64,000 nucleotides of DNA, from contig NGBS01001173.1 of the NCBI GenBank assembly GCA_002245135.1, forward strand, positions 1 through 64,000, given 5' to 3'. This document shows, one piece after another, positions 13,591-27,600 of this stretch; within the stretch, counting starts at the first letter, position 1, and each line of letters opens with the position of its first letter. The DNA comes from Proteromonas lacertae (lineage: Eukaryota). The position numbers and the translations under genes were made by a program. Under the pieces are notes generated by a model, which saw only the letters and a list, made by a program, of their open reading frames with translations, was not told the DNA's origin and ran no database searches.

Positions 13591-13812
13591 CTATTTAGAA
13601 AGAGAAAGATATTCATTGAATTGGGAAAAATAAATGAAAGTATACTCTTTTAGATGATGTGCTTAAACAAAGATCAAAAGAATTTTCTAATTCAATTTGA
13701 AACAAACTTTTGCTTGAATGAATTTGAAACGATTGTTTTTAACAAAAATACTATTTGCATTTATATTATGTTATAATCACTCCACAACAAGCCAAATAAA
13801 CATATAAACGAT

Positions 13813-14448
13813 TTAAATTATAACCCAATTTAAAAGATCTCTAACATTTGTTCCTTTTAAAGCACTACACTCCATTATTTTTATATTCTATTCATTGATA
13901 ATGATAATAACAGCAATATATATACTTCTCTCAATGAATCTACAGGAAGAAAACTCTTAAACAAAGCTGTATTTATTGATGCTTCTTCATCACATTTATT
14001 TAAAACAATAACAATTGGTATTTCTTGATATGCTGGATTAATTAATAATTCTGAAAGTAGTACAACTGATTCAGGTAATCCTGCTTTGGAAGAAGAGTCT
14101 ATAACAAACTACAAATAATTTCATCAATCAATTTTGTTATACAATTATTTTTTTAGCTTTTGGTAAATATGCATCCCACAATGGAATCATTTGGGAACCT
14201 ATATCTCTGAATGAAATATGTGTATTTCTATAAGTATCTGTTTCTACTTCAACTCCATTCTATTAATGCAAATTAACACAAATAATACAGTTTGGAAAAG
14301 GTTATCTTCTATATCAGCTAGATTTTCATTTTTACTACATAATTCTATTATTATAAAAATTATGTACAGTTATACTTCTAATTTGCCTCACTAAAAGTGT
14401 TTTACCAACACTAGTACCTCCTATTATATCAATTTCATAATCTGACAT
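13813..14448 (-). CDS. ARL16: ARF-like small GTPase ARL16 (not in the ORF track; multi-exon)
   Basis: Read on the - strand: MSDYEIDIIGGTSVGKTLLVRQIR, PFPN..GVEVE, FRDIGSQMIPLWDAY, FVIDSS, IVIVLNKCD, ECSALKGTNVRDLLNWV*. The GKTLLV P-loop and the degenerate G3 box fit ARL16. Confidence 0.72.
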
Positions 14449-14610
14449 AAAAAGTTTGGCTTGTGATAAAAAACGTTACTTAATCGTTTTTAATTTTAAT
14501 TACTTATTTTCTTATTGTTTAATCAAGGTATATATAATTGATTTTCCTCTATTACATTTATATGCTATTCTATATATATTGATGAATTTAAATCTAATAT
14601 AAATAGAAAA

Positions 14611-16180
14611 ATGAGTCGTGGTGTTTTAGCCTGCTTTGAAGAATACCAAAAATCTCGTGTTCAATTTGTCCAAAGTGTTGCTGATTTAGCTACAAGACCT
14701 GCAAACATAGAACCAATGCAAAATGCTGGAGTTTTAGGATTACTAAGACCTTTACTTTTAGACAATGTTCCAAGTATTCAACAATCAGCTGCTCTTGCTA
14801 TTGGACGTTTAGCCAATTATAGCGACGAATTAGCAGCAGATGTAGTTCAAAATGATATTTTACCACAATTAGTCTTTTCATTATCAGAACAAAATGTATA
14901 TAATTTAATCAATTTAATTCAATTTATAGAGATATTATAAAAAATCAGCTGCTTTTGTATTACGTTCAGTAGCCAAGCATTCTCCAGAATTAGCACAAGC
15001 TGTAGTAGATTCAAACGCTTTAGAACCATTAGTATTATGTTTAGAAGAATTCGATCCATCTGTTAAAGAATCTGCAGCATGGGCAATAGGTTTTATCGCA
15101 GGACATACTCCAGAATTAGCACAAAAAGTTGTAGATAGTGGAGCAGTGTCATTATTAGTGTTATGCCTTCAAGAGCCAGAAATTGATTTAAAAAGAGTAT
15201 CTGCAAGTGCTTTAAGTGATATTTGTAAACATTCACCAGAATTAGCTCAATCCGTAGTAGATGCAGGTGCTGTACCATTCTTAGCATCATTGATCACTCA
15301 TAATGATGCTAAATTAAAGAGACAAGTGTGTAGTTGTTTAGGTCAAATTGCAAAACATTCAGTTGATTTAGCTGAAGTTGTAGTTGAAGCTGAGATATTC
15401 CCAAAGATATTATTATGTTTAAAAGATATGGATGTTCATGTAAGAAAGAATGCTGCTACTTGTATAAGAGAAATTGCAAGACATACTCCAGAATTAGCCA
15501 AGTTAATAGTAAACAGTGGTGGTGCAGCTGCATTAGTTGATTTCATTACTGAATCTAAAGGAAATACTAGATTACCAGGTATTGTTGCATTAGGATATAT
15601 CGCTGCATTTAGTGAAACATTAGCGTTAGCTGTAATAGTCTCCAAAGGTGTTGCTCCACTCAAAGATGCTTTAATTAATGAACCAGAAGATCATATCAAA
15701 GCTGCAGCTGCATGGGCATTAGGACAAATGGGAAGACATTCACCTGATCATGCTAGAGCATTAGCTGAAGCAGATTGTTTATCACATTTATTAGCTGTTT
15801 ATTTAGATCCTCAATCATCTGAAGATTTGAATTTAAAATCAAAACGTGCATTAAAGGCTATTTTATCAAAATGCACTCATTTACCTGCTTTAGAACCACT
15901 ATTGAAAGAAGCTCCACCCAATATTTTGAAATATATATTAAATCAATTCAAAGCTTGTTTACCAAGCGATGTTCAAGCCAGAAGAAGTTTTGTACAAAGT
16001 GGTGCATTACAGACAATTGAACAATTGAAAGAAGAACAAGCCTGTGCCAAATTAGTACCAATAATTGAAGAAATTAATAAATGTTTCCCAGCTGAAATAG
16101 TTGAATATTATTCACCTGGTTATGCCAGAACAATATTAGAGAAAGTAGATGAATTCCAACCAAATACAGCTCAATCATAA
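14611..16180 (+). CDS. PF16: Axonemal central-pair armadillo-repeat protein PF16/SPAG6
   Basis: Highly conserved N-terminus (FEEYQKSRVQFVQSVADLATRPANIE, LLRPLLLDNVPSIQQSAALAIGRLANYS), ARM repeats and C-terminal EIVEYYSPGY. One 34-nt intron at 14896-14929. Confidence 0.95.
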
Positions 16181-16384
16181 ATTAATGGTATTAATTCGTT
16201 ACATATATACATTTTTTTTAAAGTAATAAATATTTGCTTAATTTCTTCTTTTAATTTATTATTATTATTATTATTCAATCTATATATTGTTTTTTTTGTA
16301 AAAACAAAACCAAAAACAACAAAATAATAGGAAATTCTATTACAGTACAAAATAAACAAGGAAAGTATTTTTAAAAAGAGAATT

Positions 16385-17523
16385 TTATTTCATATTAGAG
16401 GAAGGATAATAAGGATAAATCCATGGATATTGAGGAGCATAGAGTGGATTATTTGGATCATAATTCATATCATTTCTATTACCATTACCACCATTACCTT
16501 GACTAGCTGCTGCTGGATTACTCATTCTATCATTTGGATTACCTGGTTGTCCTGCTGCACCTGCTGCACCTCCCATTGGCATAAACTGTGGTGGATATGC
16601 TGGTGGTTCAGTGTATGGTGGTTGACCTGGTTGTCCTCTTACTCTATATCCATGATAAGGTGGATAATTGTAGTAATAAGGATAAGGAGGCATTTGATAC
16701 ATCATATTCTGCATGTTAGCAGCAGCTGTACCTGGTGGAACTGGAACTGGAGGAATCATTCCCATTGGTGGTAAAGTATCTGAGCTAGTAGCTGCATCTG
16801 TAGTAGATGGTTGTTGTTGTTGTTGAGGTGGAGGTGTTGTATTATTATTATTATTAACTGCTGGTGTTGTTGTTGTTGATGATGATGATGTGTTAGATGT
16901 ATTTGCGTCTGTATTAGTTGATGTATTTGTTGTTGTATTCTGTGTATTATTTCCATCATATAAATCTCCCATACCAGGTGGTGGTGGCATTCTATTATCA
17001 TAGTTTTGTCTATTAAAACCTGGTGGTGGTGCTGCTTTATTACTATTGTTATCTTGTTGTTGTTGTTGCTGTTGTTTAAATAATTCTTTCTCTATTTCTT
17101 CTACACTTCGTACATTTCCAGGTAAATTCTCTGTAGCTGTTGATGTAGTTGTTGAAGTAGCTGTATTTCCTGTAGTTGCATTATTTGTATTTCCTTGATA
17201 ATGTTCTTCTAATGATAATACTGGTGGATTTGATTGTATTGTATTGATTGAACGAGGTGGACTTCCTGCTAATGTTCCGAACTTAACATTTTGTCTAACA
17301 GTACTATAAGGTGTCCATTTACCTAAATTAACAGGATGTTCTGGAGATCTAGCAACATTACTATTATTATTGGCAGTATTAGTTTGAGGTGGTATTGATA
17401 CTGATGGCTGTTGTTGTTGTTGTTGTTGTTGAGCTGGAGGTGTGATTCTTATACTCTCAATAGTTGGAGCAATGGATGATATCACATCATCAGATTGCAT
17501 CTTTAATATTGGTTGTTGTTGTG

Positions 17524-17579
<56 letters not shown>

Positions 17580-18671
17580 ACTTGTTGCTGTTGTTGTTGT
17601 GATATATTTCTATAATCAATTTGTGTTGATGATTTATTGTTTGAATCTATTGGATCACCTTCTGGTAAACTAGCTATCTCTGGTTGTGTTGATGCTGTTG
17701 GAATCTGTTGTTGTTGTTGTTGTTGTTGTGTAGATGATGATGATGAAGATGATGGTGGAGGAGGTATTTGCTGTTGTTGTTGTTGTTGTGTATTATTATT
17801 ATTCAACTTTTCTTTGACTGGTTTTTGTACTTTAGGTTTTTCTACTTCTTTTGATCTTAATAGATTAGCCCATGAGGATGGTGTTTCACCAGATTGAGTT
17901 TGAGGAATAACTGGAGTAGTATTGTCCACATAATTATTATTATTATAATTATTATTTCTATTGTTCTTGTGGTAATTATTATTATATCGATTATTATTAC
18001 CTCTATTATAACCTCCTCTTCCTCCTCGATAATTGTTGTTGTTTCTATTAAATGACGAATTATTATTATTATTATTAGTAGTAGTAGTATTGCTACCATC
18101 TTCTAGTCCTCCTGCTACTGTACCACTAGCGGTTGTACCATCTGTTGCAGTTGTTGTTGTTGTTGTTGTTGTTGTTTCACCTTCATTCTTTCTATCTTCA
18201 TAACCTGATTTTCTTGGATTATTATTATTATTATTATCTCTAAAACCACCTCGACCTCGACCACCTCTGTATCCACCTCTTGAACCTCTGTTTCCTCGAT
18301 CTCGATTAAATCCTTCTCTTCCAGAGTTATTATTATTATTATCTATTTCTTGCTCACGCTTCTTTGGCTTTTGATGTTTTCTTGTTTCCCATTGTGAATC
18401 TCCATCTTCATCTAACCATTCATTGATTTTCACTTGTATATCTTCATCTGTTTTATTTTGTGATATGAGTCTTTTAAGATCATTTATACGACTAACATCT
18501 ACCATTCCCATCAATTCTTTTAACTAATAAAAACATTATAAATTCAATTATATATACTCTTTTTTCTTGTGCTCTATTTAATGATACTTCTTCTGTTGTT
18601 TTCAACCCTAATTCACGTGCGTGCAAACCTTTACGATATGTTTCTCGATCAACGACTTCTTTTGAATCCAT
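16385..18671 (-). CDS. Low-complexity RGG/polyQ/polyN protein, possibly UBAP2/Def1-like
   Basis: Small helical N-terminal domain followed by a W...KPKK motif, RGG boxes, SWA and VKFG motifs, and a Pro/Tyr/Met-rich C-terminus. ATG at 18671, one intron at about 18524-18557. Family assignment is tentative. Confidence 0.5.
17401..17600. repeat. (CAA)n polyQ microsatellite cluster
   Basis: Long TTG/TGT runs inside the low-complexity gene. Confidence 0.9.
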
Positions 18672-19258
18672 ACTTGATTATATTGATATCTAAATATATA
18701 TTAGAATGAATGAAATATAAATATTGCATCATAATAATGTTTACAGCAAAGAAGTTCATTACGCTTAAGACAGGTCCAAATAAAAGGATAAGTATAGATT
18801 GTTAATGCATAAATTGATTGGAAATAGAATTTATATTATATATACCAATGCAAAGAAATAGATAATTATCAAAAAAATAAAACCAAAAATGCAAATGGTC
18901 AAAGTGAAAAGAGTATAGTTATGAAAATACTCATAATTATCAAACACTTTTTCATTTGTGACATGTAATTTACAGTAAAGTACTGATTTAAAAATAACTA
19001 ATATGTAAAAAAACACTTTTCCTATCAAATAATCTCATTTCTTTAATAATAATTGTATTACATTCTGTCATTAAAGTACAATAATTTAATGAAGTAAATT
19101 TTGATCCATTTGATATTTGGATAAATAATTAGATTCATAATATATATAACCAACAATTATATTGTTCTCATACTTTTATATCCTCAATAAACATTTACTA
19201 TAGGAGAAAAAAAAGAATAAATAAATTGAAACGAATAGATTTTAGAAATTGTTCAAAA

Positions 19259-20461
19259 ATGGAACTTTCAATAAAACATGCTAGTTTGGTTTGTATTGTT
19301 CTTTTGACAACTATTCAGGTATTCACTGATTATTATTTGACTAGTCGTTGGTGTTACATTATGCTCAAATTGTCTCAACGGAGCATTTCCTTCCTTTAGT
19401 AGCTGTGTTTTTTACAGAAATAGGAAAACTCTTAACTTGCTTTGTGCTAGTATTTATTGAATCAGGATGTTCATTTGAAAAATTCCTTAACACATTAAAT
19501 GAAGAAATCATCCATAAACCGCTGGAATCATGCTTACTGTTTATACCAGCAGGTTTATATACTCTTCAGAATAATTTAATGTATGTAAATACAAAATTAT
19601 ATATAATTTAGTTATATATCTTTGAAATATTTAGATGCTGCACTATATCAAGTATAATAATGATTATCACAATAATTTATTCTCTAATAATAGATTGTAT
19701 ATCAATGTAGGATCATCACCACAACATTTTTTTCAGTTTGTATTCTACATAAGAAAGTATCTTTAATTCAGTGGTTTTCTGTCTTTCTACTCACAATCGG
19801 AGTAATATTAGTACAACCAGCAAGTATAATAATATATATATATTTAAATAGAGGGTAATAAAGCAGATCAAACTCATTTCATATTAGGTTTTACCAGTGT
19901 ATTAGTCTCTGCTTTTACATCTGGTTTTGCTGGCGTATATTTTGAAAAGTTACTAAAAGAATATAAAAGTTCAATTTGGATTAAAAATATACAATTATCA
20001 GTGTTTAGTCTGATATTATGTATTATTAGCTTAGTTTATCAATATCGACCAATCACCATTCAGACGTTTATGTTTGGGTTTAATAAATGGACTTGGGCTT
20101 GTATATTTATTCAAACTTGCAGTGGTTTGTTAGTAGCAATTGTGATGAAATATGCTGATAATATTTTGAAAGTATTTGCTGCAGCTATTTCTATTATTTT
20201 GTCTATTATTTATATCATTTTTATTTGAAGTAGTTTTATTTCTTTAATTCTATTTTAAGTTCTTATATAATATTTAGTACAAACATTACAAAGTATTTTG
20301 CAATGGGAACTAGTTTTGTACTTGTAGCAACTTTTTTGTATTCTATACCAAATACAAAAAGAAATGCATTAATGGAACAAACAATAGCTGAAGAAAAGAA
20401 TGTAAAACATCAACACATGGATGATGAGAATAATGATGCTAATAAAGATTCTCCAGTATAA
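19259..20461 (+). CDS. SLC35A-family nucleotide-sugar transporter (UDP-Gal/CMP-Sia type), multi-exon
   Basis: Motifs TEIGKL, IPAGLYTLQNNLMY, LDAALYQ, SGFAGVYFEKLLK, SIWIKNIQL and VMKYADNILKVFA. Confidence 0.87.
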
Positions 20462-20758
20462 ATATTGCCTTTTTTATATATTATTTTTATTTTAAATTAA
20501 AAAAATATTATCGTTTCATCTTTCATTTGCATACAGTTAGCAGTATAGATATAATATAATATAATACAATTGAAATCCCTTTGTTTTAACACCATTATAA
20601 TTCAGTCTTCTTATTAACTCATGAATATAAATATTCTGTTAAAAGTAAAGCAAATATCAATAGAATAACACTTTTGAACATTCTGAAGTGGAATAGTATA
20701 AAATAATAAAATATATTCGTTTCGAAAAAGTAAATATTTACTTTGTTCAAAATATATT

Positions 20759-21701
20759 ATGTTTATTGTCATTATGATATGCTGTACTGTAATAAGTACT
20801 ATAGTTATATCGCTACTAGCATTTAATGGATATAACAGAAATAATTCAAGTACAACAGAAACTGAAGGCATTACTAGTCATAAACTTTTAATTACACAAA
20901 GATTTGATATAAATTCTCCATTTTGGGCATGTCCTATCTATCAAGAACAACAAACTAAGTTTACTGGACAATATAGTGAAGATAAATATATTGTCGAATT
21001 CTTTAAAAAGAAGAAATTAAGTCCATTTCAATAGGGTATATATAGAAGTTGGTGCTTATGATGGTGATTTTTTAAGTAATACTTATGCTTTAGAACATGG
21101 ATATGGATGGAAGGGATTATTGATTGAAGGAGGACCAATGATATTTGAGAAATTATTACAAACTGATAGACCAAGATCAATCAAAATCAATAAAGCGTTA
21201 TGTAGTGAAGAAGGATATGTTCAATATAATGATGGAGCTGCTGGTTGGGGAGGAGTAGTAAAATTTGCTAGTAAAAGTGGTGAAGAACAACGAATAAAAT
21301 GGGGTCAAAAGAAAGCTCGAGTTGCTTGTTCTCCAATCAATAAATTGATAAAAGAGAATGGATTGAGATATGTGGATGTATTTTCATTAGATGTAGAAGG
21401 AAGTGAAGAAGATGTTTTAAATTCTTTTGATTGGAATATTCCAGTTAGATTATGGATAATAGAGGTGAATGCATTGGTATTGGGAGGAACAGAAGAAGAG
21501 AAACAGAGATGTCGAAATGTCCAAAATATTTTGAAAGAACATGGATTTGTTTTTGTTGGAATATCAATGCCCGGATCAGTGAATGAGTTTTATGAAAATC
21601 CAAACTTTGAAAATCTTGTAAAAGACTATATAAAAGAAGATGACGAAGTTTATTCAGCTAAACACTGTCCTTTACCTAATCGACACTTGATAAGTAATTA
21701 A
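20759..21701 (+). CDS. FkbM-family (Methyltransf_21) SAM-dependent methyltransferase with N-terminal membrane anchor; one frame break
   Basis: Motifs GQYSEDK, YIEVGAYDG..SNT, GWKGLLIE and DVFSLDVEGSE. A +1 frame break lies between 21021 and 21034, with no suitable intron. Confidence 0.8.
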
Positions 21702-21866
21702 ATAATTGATATTCGTGTTCTATATATCTTTTTTGTATAAAACTTATATCTGAATAAGACAAAATCGATTTTCTTTAATTCAGTCAGGCTTGCCAATCAA
21801 GCATACAATCAATTGTTCTCTAATAAATATCTGTTGAATGAGAGATAAATTATTTATTTAAAGTTT

Positions 21867-22732
21867 ATGGAAGAAAATAGCAATACCATTGGGCTTTGGA
21901 TCTTAGATATTTGCCATAAAATGGTTGTTAGAGACAATAATCACCTATTTCGCAATACAGATTATGAAAAAACATGTATAAAATATTTATTTTAGTTATT
22001 AGGGATATTCTATATTATTATTGCATTTGAAGATTTAATAGTTGCAATTTCACACTTTATATTCTTGTATAGTGAATATAGATAATATTTTATAGCAAAT
22101 ATGATTGTTCTGAATATTTTGCATACCTTCTCGATCCATTTGATTTTTTCATCTTCATTTCATCGTTGGTTTTATATTTAATCGCTCTGTTAATCACATT
22201 TATATCAGCAGCAGGTATATTTTTACCATATTTAATATAATGAATAGTTAAGTATAATTTTAATATCAGATATTCCCTTCTCTACCTCCTCACTATTGTC
22301 TTTTATCCATCCTTTTTGGCACTTTCACTTATGTACACTGCATATTATAGAACATCAATCCTTATGTATTATTTTTCAAATTTTCTACTTTCTGATGTAA
22401 CCTTGTTGTTTGTGATGTTTATTGTATAATGATTATATATATTTATCTAGTTGGGTATATATGGTTGGAGACTTCGTTATTCAGTACTAGTTGTCATTGT
22501 GCTGATAATATTCACATTTTTCAATCCACATGATATAGATACGTTACCTTATGTAGTTGTATTTACATATTGTTTATTTGTTAATGCAATACCGAAAGCT
22601 GGTAATGGACTGTCATTGGCAGTGACATTACACTATTCGACAATTTATATTGGACCTTTCGTTGCTCCAATAGTTGTGATAGCTCTGATTATTATGTTGA
22701 TTATATATTTCATTAATTGTACAAGGTCGTAG
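21867..22732 (+). CDS. Hypothetical multi-pass membrane protein, multi-exon
   Basis: ATG at about 21867 followed by hydrophobic exons separated by gtat...tag introns. Last exon 22451-22732 is strongly hydrophobic. Confidence 0.4.
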
Positions 22733-22857
22733 GCTAGAATTTATGAAAATTTTATTTTATTTATTTAATTTGATTAATATGATTTATTGATTATGTTGTT
22801 TTCGATACTATAATTCTCAAATAAAAAAAGTACTAATTTGATTAAATCATAAGTCAT

Positions 22858-23218
22858 TTAATGAGTTTGCTTTTGGAAATACTTGTAGATTCTATTCTTC
22901 AACCATTCCTTTGTGCATGGTTTGTAAAATTTGGTTGCAGGGTCGAATCTAGATTAGTAAAATAATTTCAGATATACTTTAAGCAACTTACATCATAAAA
23001 TTTATCAATATATTTGAATAAATCAGTAAGATCATAACGAATACTTGCAGTATTTGAATTTACTCTTTTTAATTCACTTTCATACATTTGAATCATACCT
23101 ACAACGAAATTATGATTAATATACCTTGACAAGCTTGTAAGCTAGTTTGATAATCATAATAAGTTCTTGTGTTACGGTTTGCATCATATTGCAACAAAAT
23201 AATAGTGTGCTTACCCAT
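22858..23218 (-). CDS. ERH: Enhancer of rudimentary homolog (not in the ORF track; two introns)
   Basis: Read on the - strand: MGKHTIILLQY...TRTYYDYQT, IQMYESELKRVN...IRYDLTDLFKYID...DVSCL, YKPCTKEWLKNRIY. This is the ERH signature throughout. Confidence 0.9.
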
Positions 23219-23315
23219 ACTTTATTTTTAAAAGCAAAAAAACAAATGGCTTATAAATCAATGTATATTTTTGATAACTAAACAGTAGTTTATCATTTTG
23301 CTGTTTTTAGAGGCA

Positions 23316-24588
23316 ATGTCAATTCAAATATTCACTTTTTATAGCGAGGATGAAATTATTGAATCAATAGCATCCCTAATTGGGAATTTAGTTAAAGTAT
23401 AACTCTTTTTTTCTATCAATTATAAAAATTATAGAAAGAGGATCCAAAATTTGCAGAACAAACAATGACACTACTGAAAGCAAAACAATATATCAAAGTA
23501 CTTGATGCTCTTTTGAAGTATGATGAAAAAGTATTTGCTTTACCTCAAGAGAGTGGTATTAATTTTTTATTGTTAATTTTAATTAATAGATATAGAAAAT
23601 TTTTATGCAAATTTATTCACATTCATTAATTTCATTGCAGAATCAGAGTCTGCTAAAGCAATTACAAGCATATGTAATTCAATTTCCAAGTTTAAAGGAC
23701 ACATAGAAACACATTTTACACTTCTAAACCTTTTATATCATATAGTTCCAGTATCTTATCCAGAATCTGGTATAGTGTTGGATAATATGTTAAAATATGT
23801 AATTGAAAGTAATCATTATCATATTTGTGATGAAATTATATCACTATTGTTAACCTCAAATTACAGTTTATTGAGTTGTGATGTTGAATTGAAAAGACAA
23901 ATCTTATTATCAGCGGAAAAGATAGCTACACATAGTCAAAAACATTCTGATGCAATTACATTAATGACCTACTACTTGGAAACCTTCCAAAGTGCAAAAA
24001 ATACAGAATTAGATTCAATTAAAGAAAATACTATCCGTTTCATAACGACTATTTTTCATTATCCCAAATATCAGAAATTACCATCTTACATGAAACTTGA
24101 TGCAATTAAATACTTAAAACAAGATAGTTCTAATAGTGTGTTATATCAATTATTTGAATTGTTTATTAAATCAAATTATAGTGAATTATCTCAGTTTTAT
24201 GAAAGCCACAAATCAGATTTAGAGAAATATAGTATATTCATGTATTTATCTATATATAGAGTTGCCTTATTCATCTATTATTGAACATTGCAGATTATTG
24301 ACTCTCTGTTCATTAGCTTCTGAATCTGATATTTTGTCTTACGATCAGATCGCCAAAGCATTAGATATACCAATTGATGAGGTTGAAAACTGGGTAGTTC
24401 ACTGTATTAACCAGAAATTGATTGAAGGTAAAATGAATCAAGTTAAAAGTGAAGTAGTGATATTACGATCATGTACAAGAACATTTGATAGTCAGAAGTG
24501 GAATAAACTAGAAGAAAAACTGAATGACTTTTCTAACAAGATTGATGGTTTGTTACAGATATTAGAAGATACTCCTTCATATGAATAA
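23316..24588 (+). CDS. EIF3M: Translation initiation factor 3 subunit M (PCI domain), multi-exon
   Basis: C-terminal PCI segment RLLTLCSLA..LSYDQIAKALDI..EVENWV..IEGKMNQ...RTF...W..L..KL. Confidence 0.8.
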
Positions 24589-24678
24589 ATTATTGATATT
24601 TTCTTTTGTTAATAGAGTCTGTGTAGATTTTGAGATAAACAAACATAAAGCTTGAAAAATTAGTTCGTTATACAAATT

Positions 24679-27600
24679 ATGTTTTTAAATTTCATTTTTC
24701 TCTTTATTTATTTATTTATTAGTCGTGTGTATTCGTCCAATACATGCATTATTGACGAATTCTATCGGAAGCCTGTGAATAACTTCATTATATCAAGGAA
24801 TCTACAAGATAAGTTTGTTTGCGAAGATGACCACTTTATTGTAAGGGATAAATTCTATATTTACGTGAATACTAAAAGAACAGAATTTCCAATGGATAAG
24901 AATTACTTTCTGGCTGGAATTGTTGATAGTGACTTGTGTCAAGTTAACGTTATGACAGGCAAATTGGATTGGAAGTCGTTTCAAAAATGTATATTGTTTT
25001 TATATCATTCTTTATAGCATTACTTTATTTATCTCAATTTGGTTATGATGAGTTTATTATCTTCACTCCTCCCCATCTTAAGACAGAAAAGACCTTTCTA
25101 TCTACATGGATTCCTTATCTTGGTAAAACAGTGTATTTAGTAGAAACATCCATATTTGATCCTTCAAAATTCACTTCATTATTGAACAAAATAACTGATA
25201 AAAGTAAAGTTATTATAACTAATATAATGGATTTTCCATCAGTCAATTTAGACTTTTTTAAATACTTTTTTTCGAATTACATTGAAGTATCAATAGCATC
25301 ATATCATATAAACGAAAAATTCATAAGAGAGAATAAAAATATATTAAACCCCACAAATGGTGGTAAAAGATACTTTCTATCAGGTTATTTTCAAGATGTG
25401 AATAATGAATTAAACAAACAATATTTGAAAGATTTAAATTCCAATGATATCTATATAGATGATATAATCTATCAGATCACAATATATATTGAGTTTATTA
25501 AAAGCCTACCTGAAGAAATACCAGCTAGACATCCCAATATAATTCGAAATGAAATATTAATGAATTGGATTGATTTAATAGGTAGTACAGTTACATTAAG
25601 TTATTCATTTTTCTTCGATAGAACCATGTTTGTAAGCGAGGTAGATACAGCTACAGGCAGTTTAATAAATATAAAGGACTTATACTCCGAATTGCCATCA
25701 TTTTATGCATTGAATTATGTTGAAAGTATATGTTCATTTGATAGTAATATCACTTTTATATCATTTGGTTTTATGATAAATAATGATGAAGATAAGTTGA
25801 TATGGAGTTATTTTCATGGTATTTACGATGCTTTAACTACACTCAATACTGTTAAGGTTCAAGGATCTGTTTTATCTTTATTATTACCACCTTCAAAGGA
25901 GATGACATTAGATGAACAGTATCAATATTTCATAGATAAGAATGTAATTGGAATATTTTTATTTACTTATAATAATATGGAAGACATAATGAAATGTATA
26001 AATTATATTAAAATAATTATAAATTTATAGATGTTGATAATGAGAAAGAAAATTCACCATTTTTACTGGTGAGTGGTTATTATTCAGGTGAAATATGTAA
26101 TCCTAAGATATTATATGTATAATTCATATATATATTCATTTATCTTTATTAATAGTTTGGTATAAGTATAAACTCACTATATGATTTATACAATGCGATG
26201 AATTTTGGTGAATCAGTTTATATTATAACAACTAATAACACCTATGGAAAAGTAGCTAATAGAATATTGTACGATAAATACTCAAATGCAATGATGCCTT
26301 TAATTAACTCTGCGTTTATTAATAAGATTGAAGACATCAGCGTAGAAATAAATAAAATGAAAAACTCAATTGATAGTAGTACGAATATATATGTGATATT
26401 TAATAAATGTATTTATAATCAGCAGTTTATGAAGGATTTTAAAAATAGTGGTTTAACAAATAGAGTCAATATATTCACATTAGATCCTTATTGTTTTGAT
26501 AATTTTGATAATGTATATATATATATATTATATTTTTCTTCTTCTTTTTCTCTCTGTATGTACATATTTATTTATACTCTTTTATAGTGGGATGGTTTCT
26601 ACACTATTGCTCCTGTATTGAATCCAACATCCACTACCTCTTCCATCTACCAAAGTAACACTCTATTTACCACTTCATTACATCCAAATGATGATGATAT
26701 TATTATCACATCTCCTACTATGTATAATGGTTGTTATGGTACTATGTTATTTGCACATGTATTAGCATCTTCTTATGCTAAAAGTACAGATTCAATATTG
26801 AATTATATATCATTTTCAGATGAAGAAATTGATGGTAAAAGAATATCATTTACATACGATAATTCATTTTTGACAAGTTTACAATACTCAAAAACAAAGG
26901 GAAAAGGTGAATTTGAATTGATTTATCAAACTAAAGCTCGATATCAAAGCACGAATTTCCAACCTTTATTGAATGGAAATAATAAAATAAAGCGATGTGA
27001 TTGGTCAAATAAGGAGAATGATTATGTATCTGAATTTTCATTATTTACAATGCTAATAATAGATAATAGTATAGAATTATATGATTTAGTTCATGCTGCA
27101 ATAGTGGACCAATCATTTTCTAGTTTAGACCATATCTATTTCTATGTTTATTTCAATCCTTTAAAAAGAGATAGAACCACATTTACTATTCAATTAAAAG
27201 AATATGTTAGCTCTCTATTCTGCTGGTTGTATAATTTCAGAAAATTCTTCGAAATTATTATACAATTCTTCAACACAAATTGATCCGTTACAAAATACAT
27301 CACTTATCACTTATGGTATATGGGATGGAAGAGAGTGTGATAGTGAAATATATCACTTTGGTATGAATATATTAAAATTAATAAGTATATCCAGTTCAAT
27401 ACCAATTCAGAGTAAATACAAGAATTATTATTTTATTAGTAGTAAAAATGAAGATGAGAAAGATAATGATATATCCTATTTATACTTAAAAAATATAATT
27501 AAAAATTATCAGCATAATACAGAAAATATAGTTATGAATATAGAATATATATCGATTAAAAACAAAGCAAAGATTGATAATTTATTTGGCAATTCTGCAA

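Noticed and set aside
16430..18099. Multiple small antisense or alternate-frame ORFs rich in Val, Cys, Trp or Ile (also 11564-11779)
   Set aside because: Reverse or shifted readings of CAA/AAT microsatellites and Pro-rich coding sequence.
7200..24600. Blastocystis-type stop codons created by polyadenylation
   Set aside because: Every conserved gene I could trace (MTR4, PF16, ERH, eIF3m, ARL16) has a genomic stop at a plausible position. TGTTTGTT-like words occur near some 3' ends but are not needed.
27206..27240. 35-nt GT-AG intron as the fix for the GPCR frame break
   Set aside because: Splicing it lands in the wrong frame for the 3047-aa ORF and removes the GC motif seen in another repeat.
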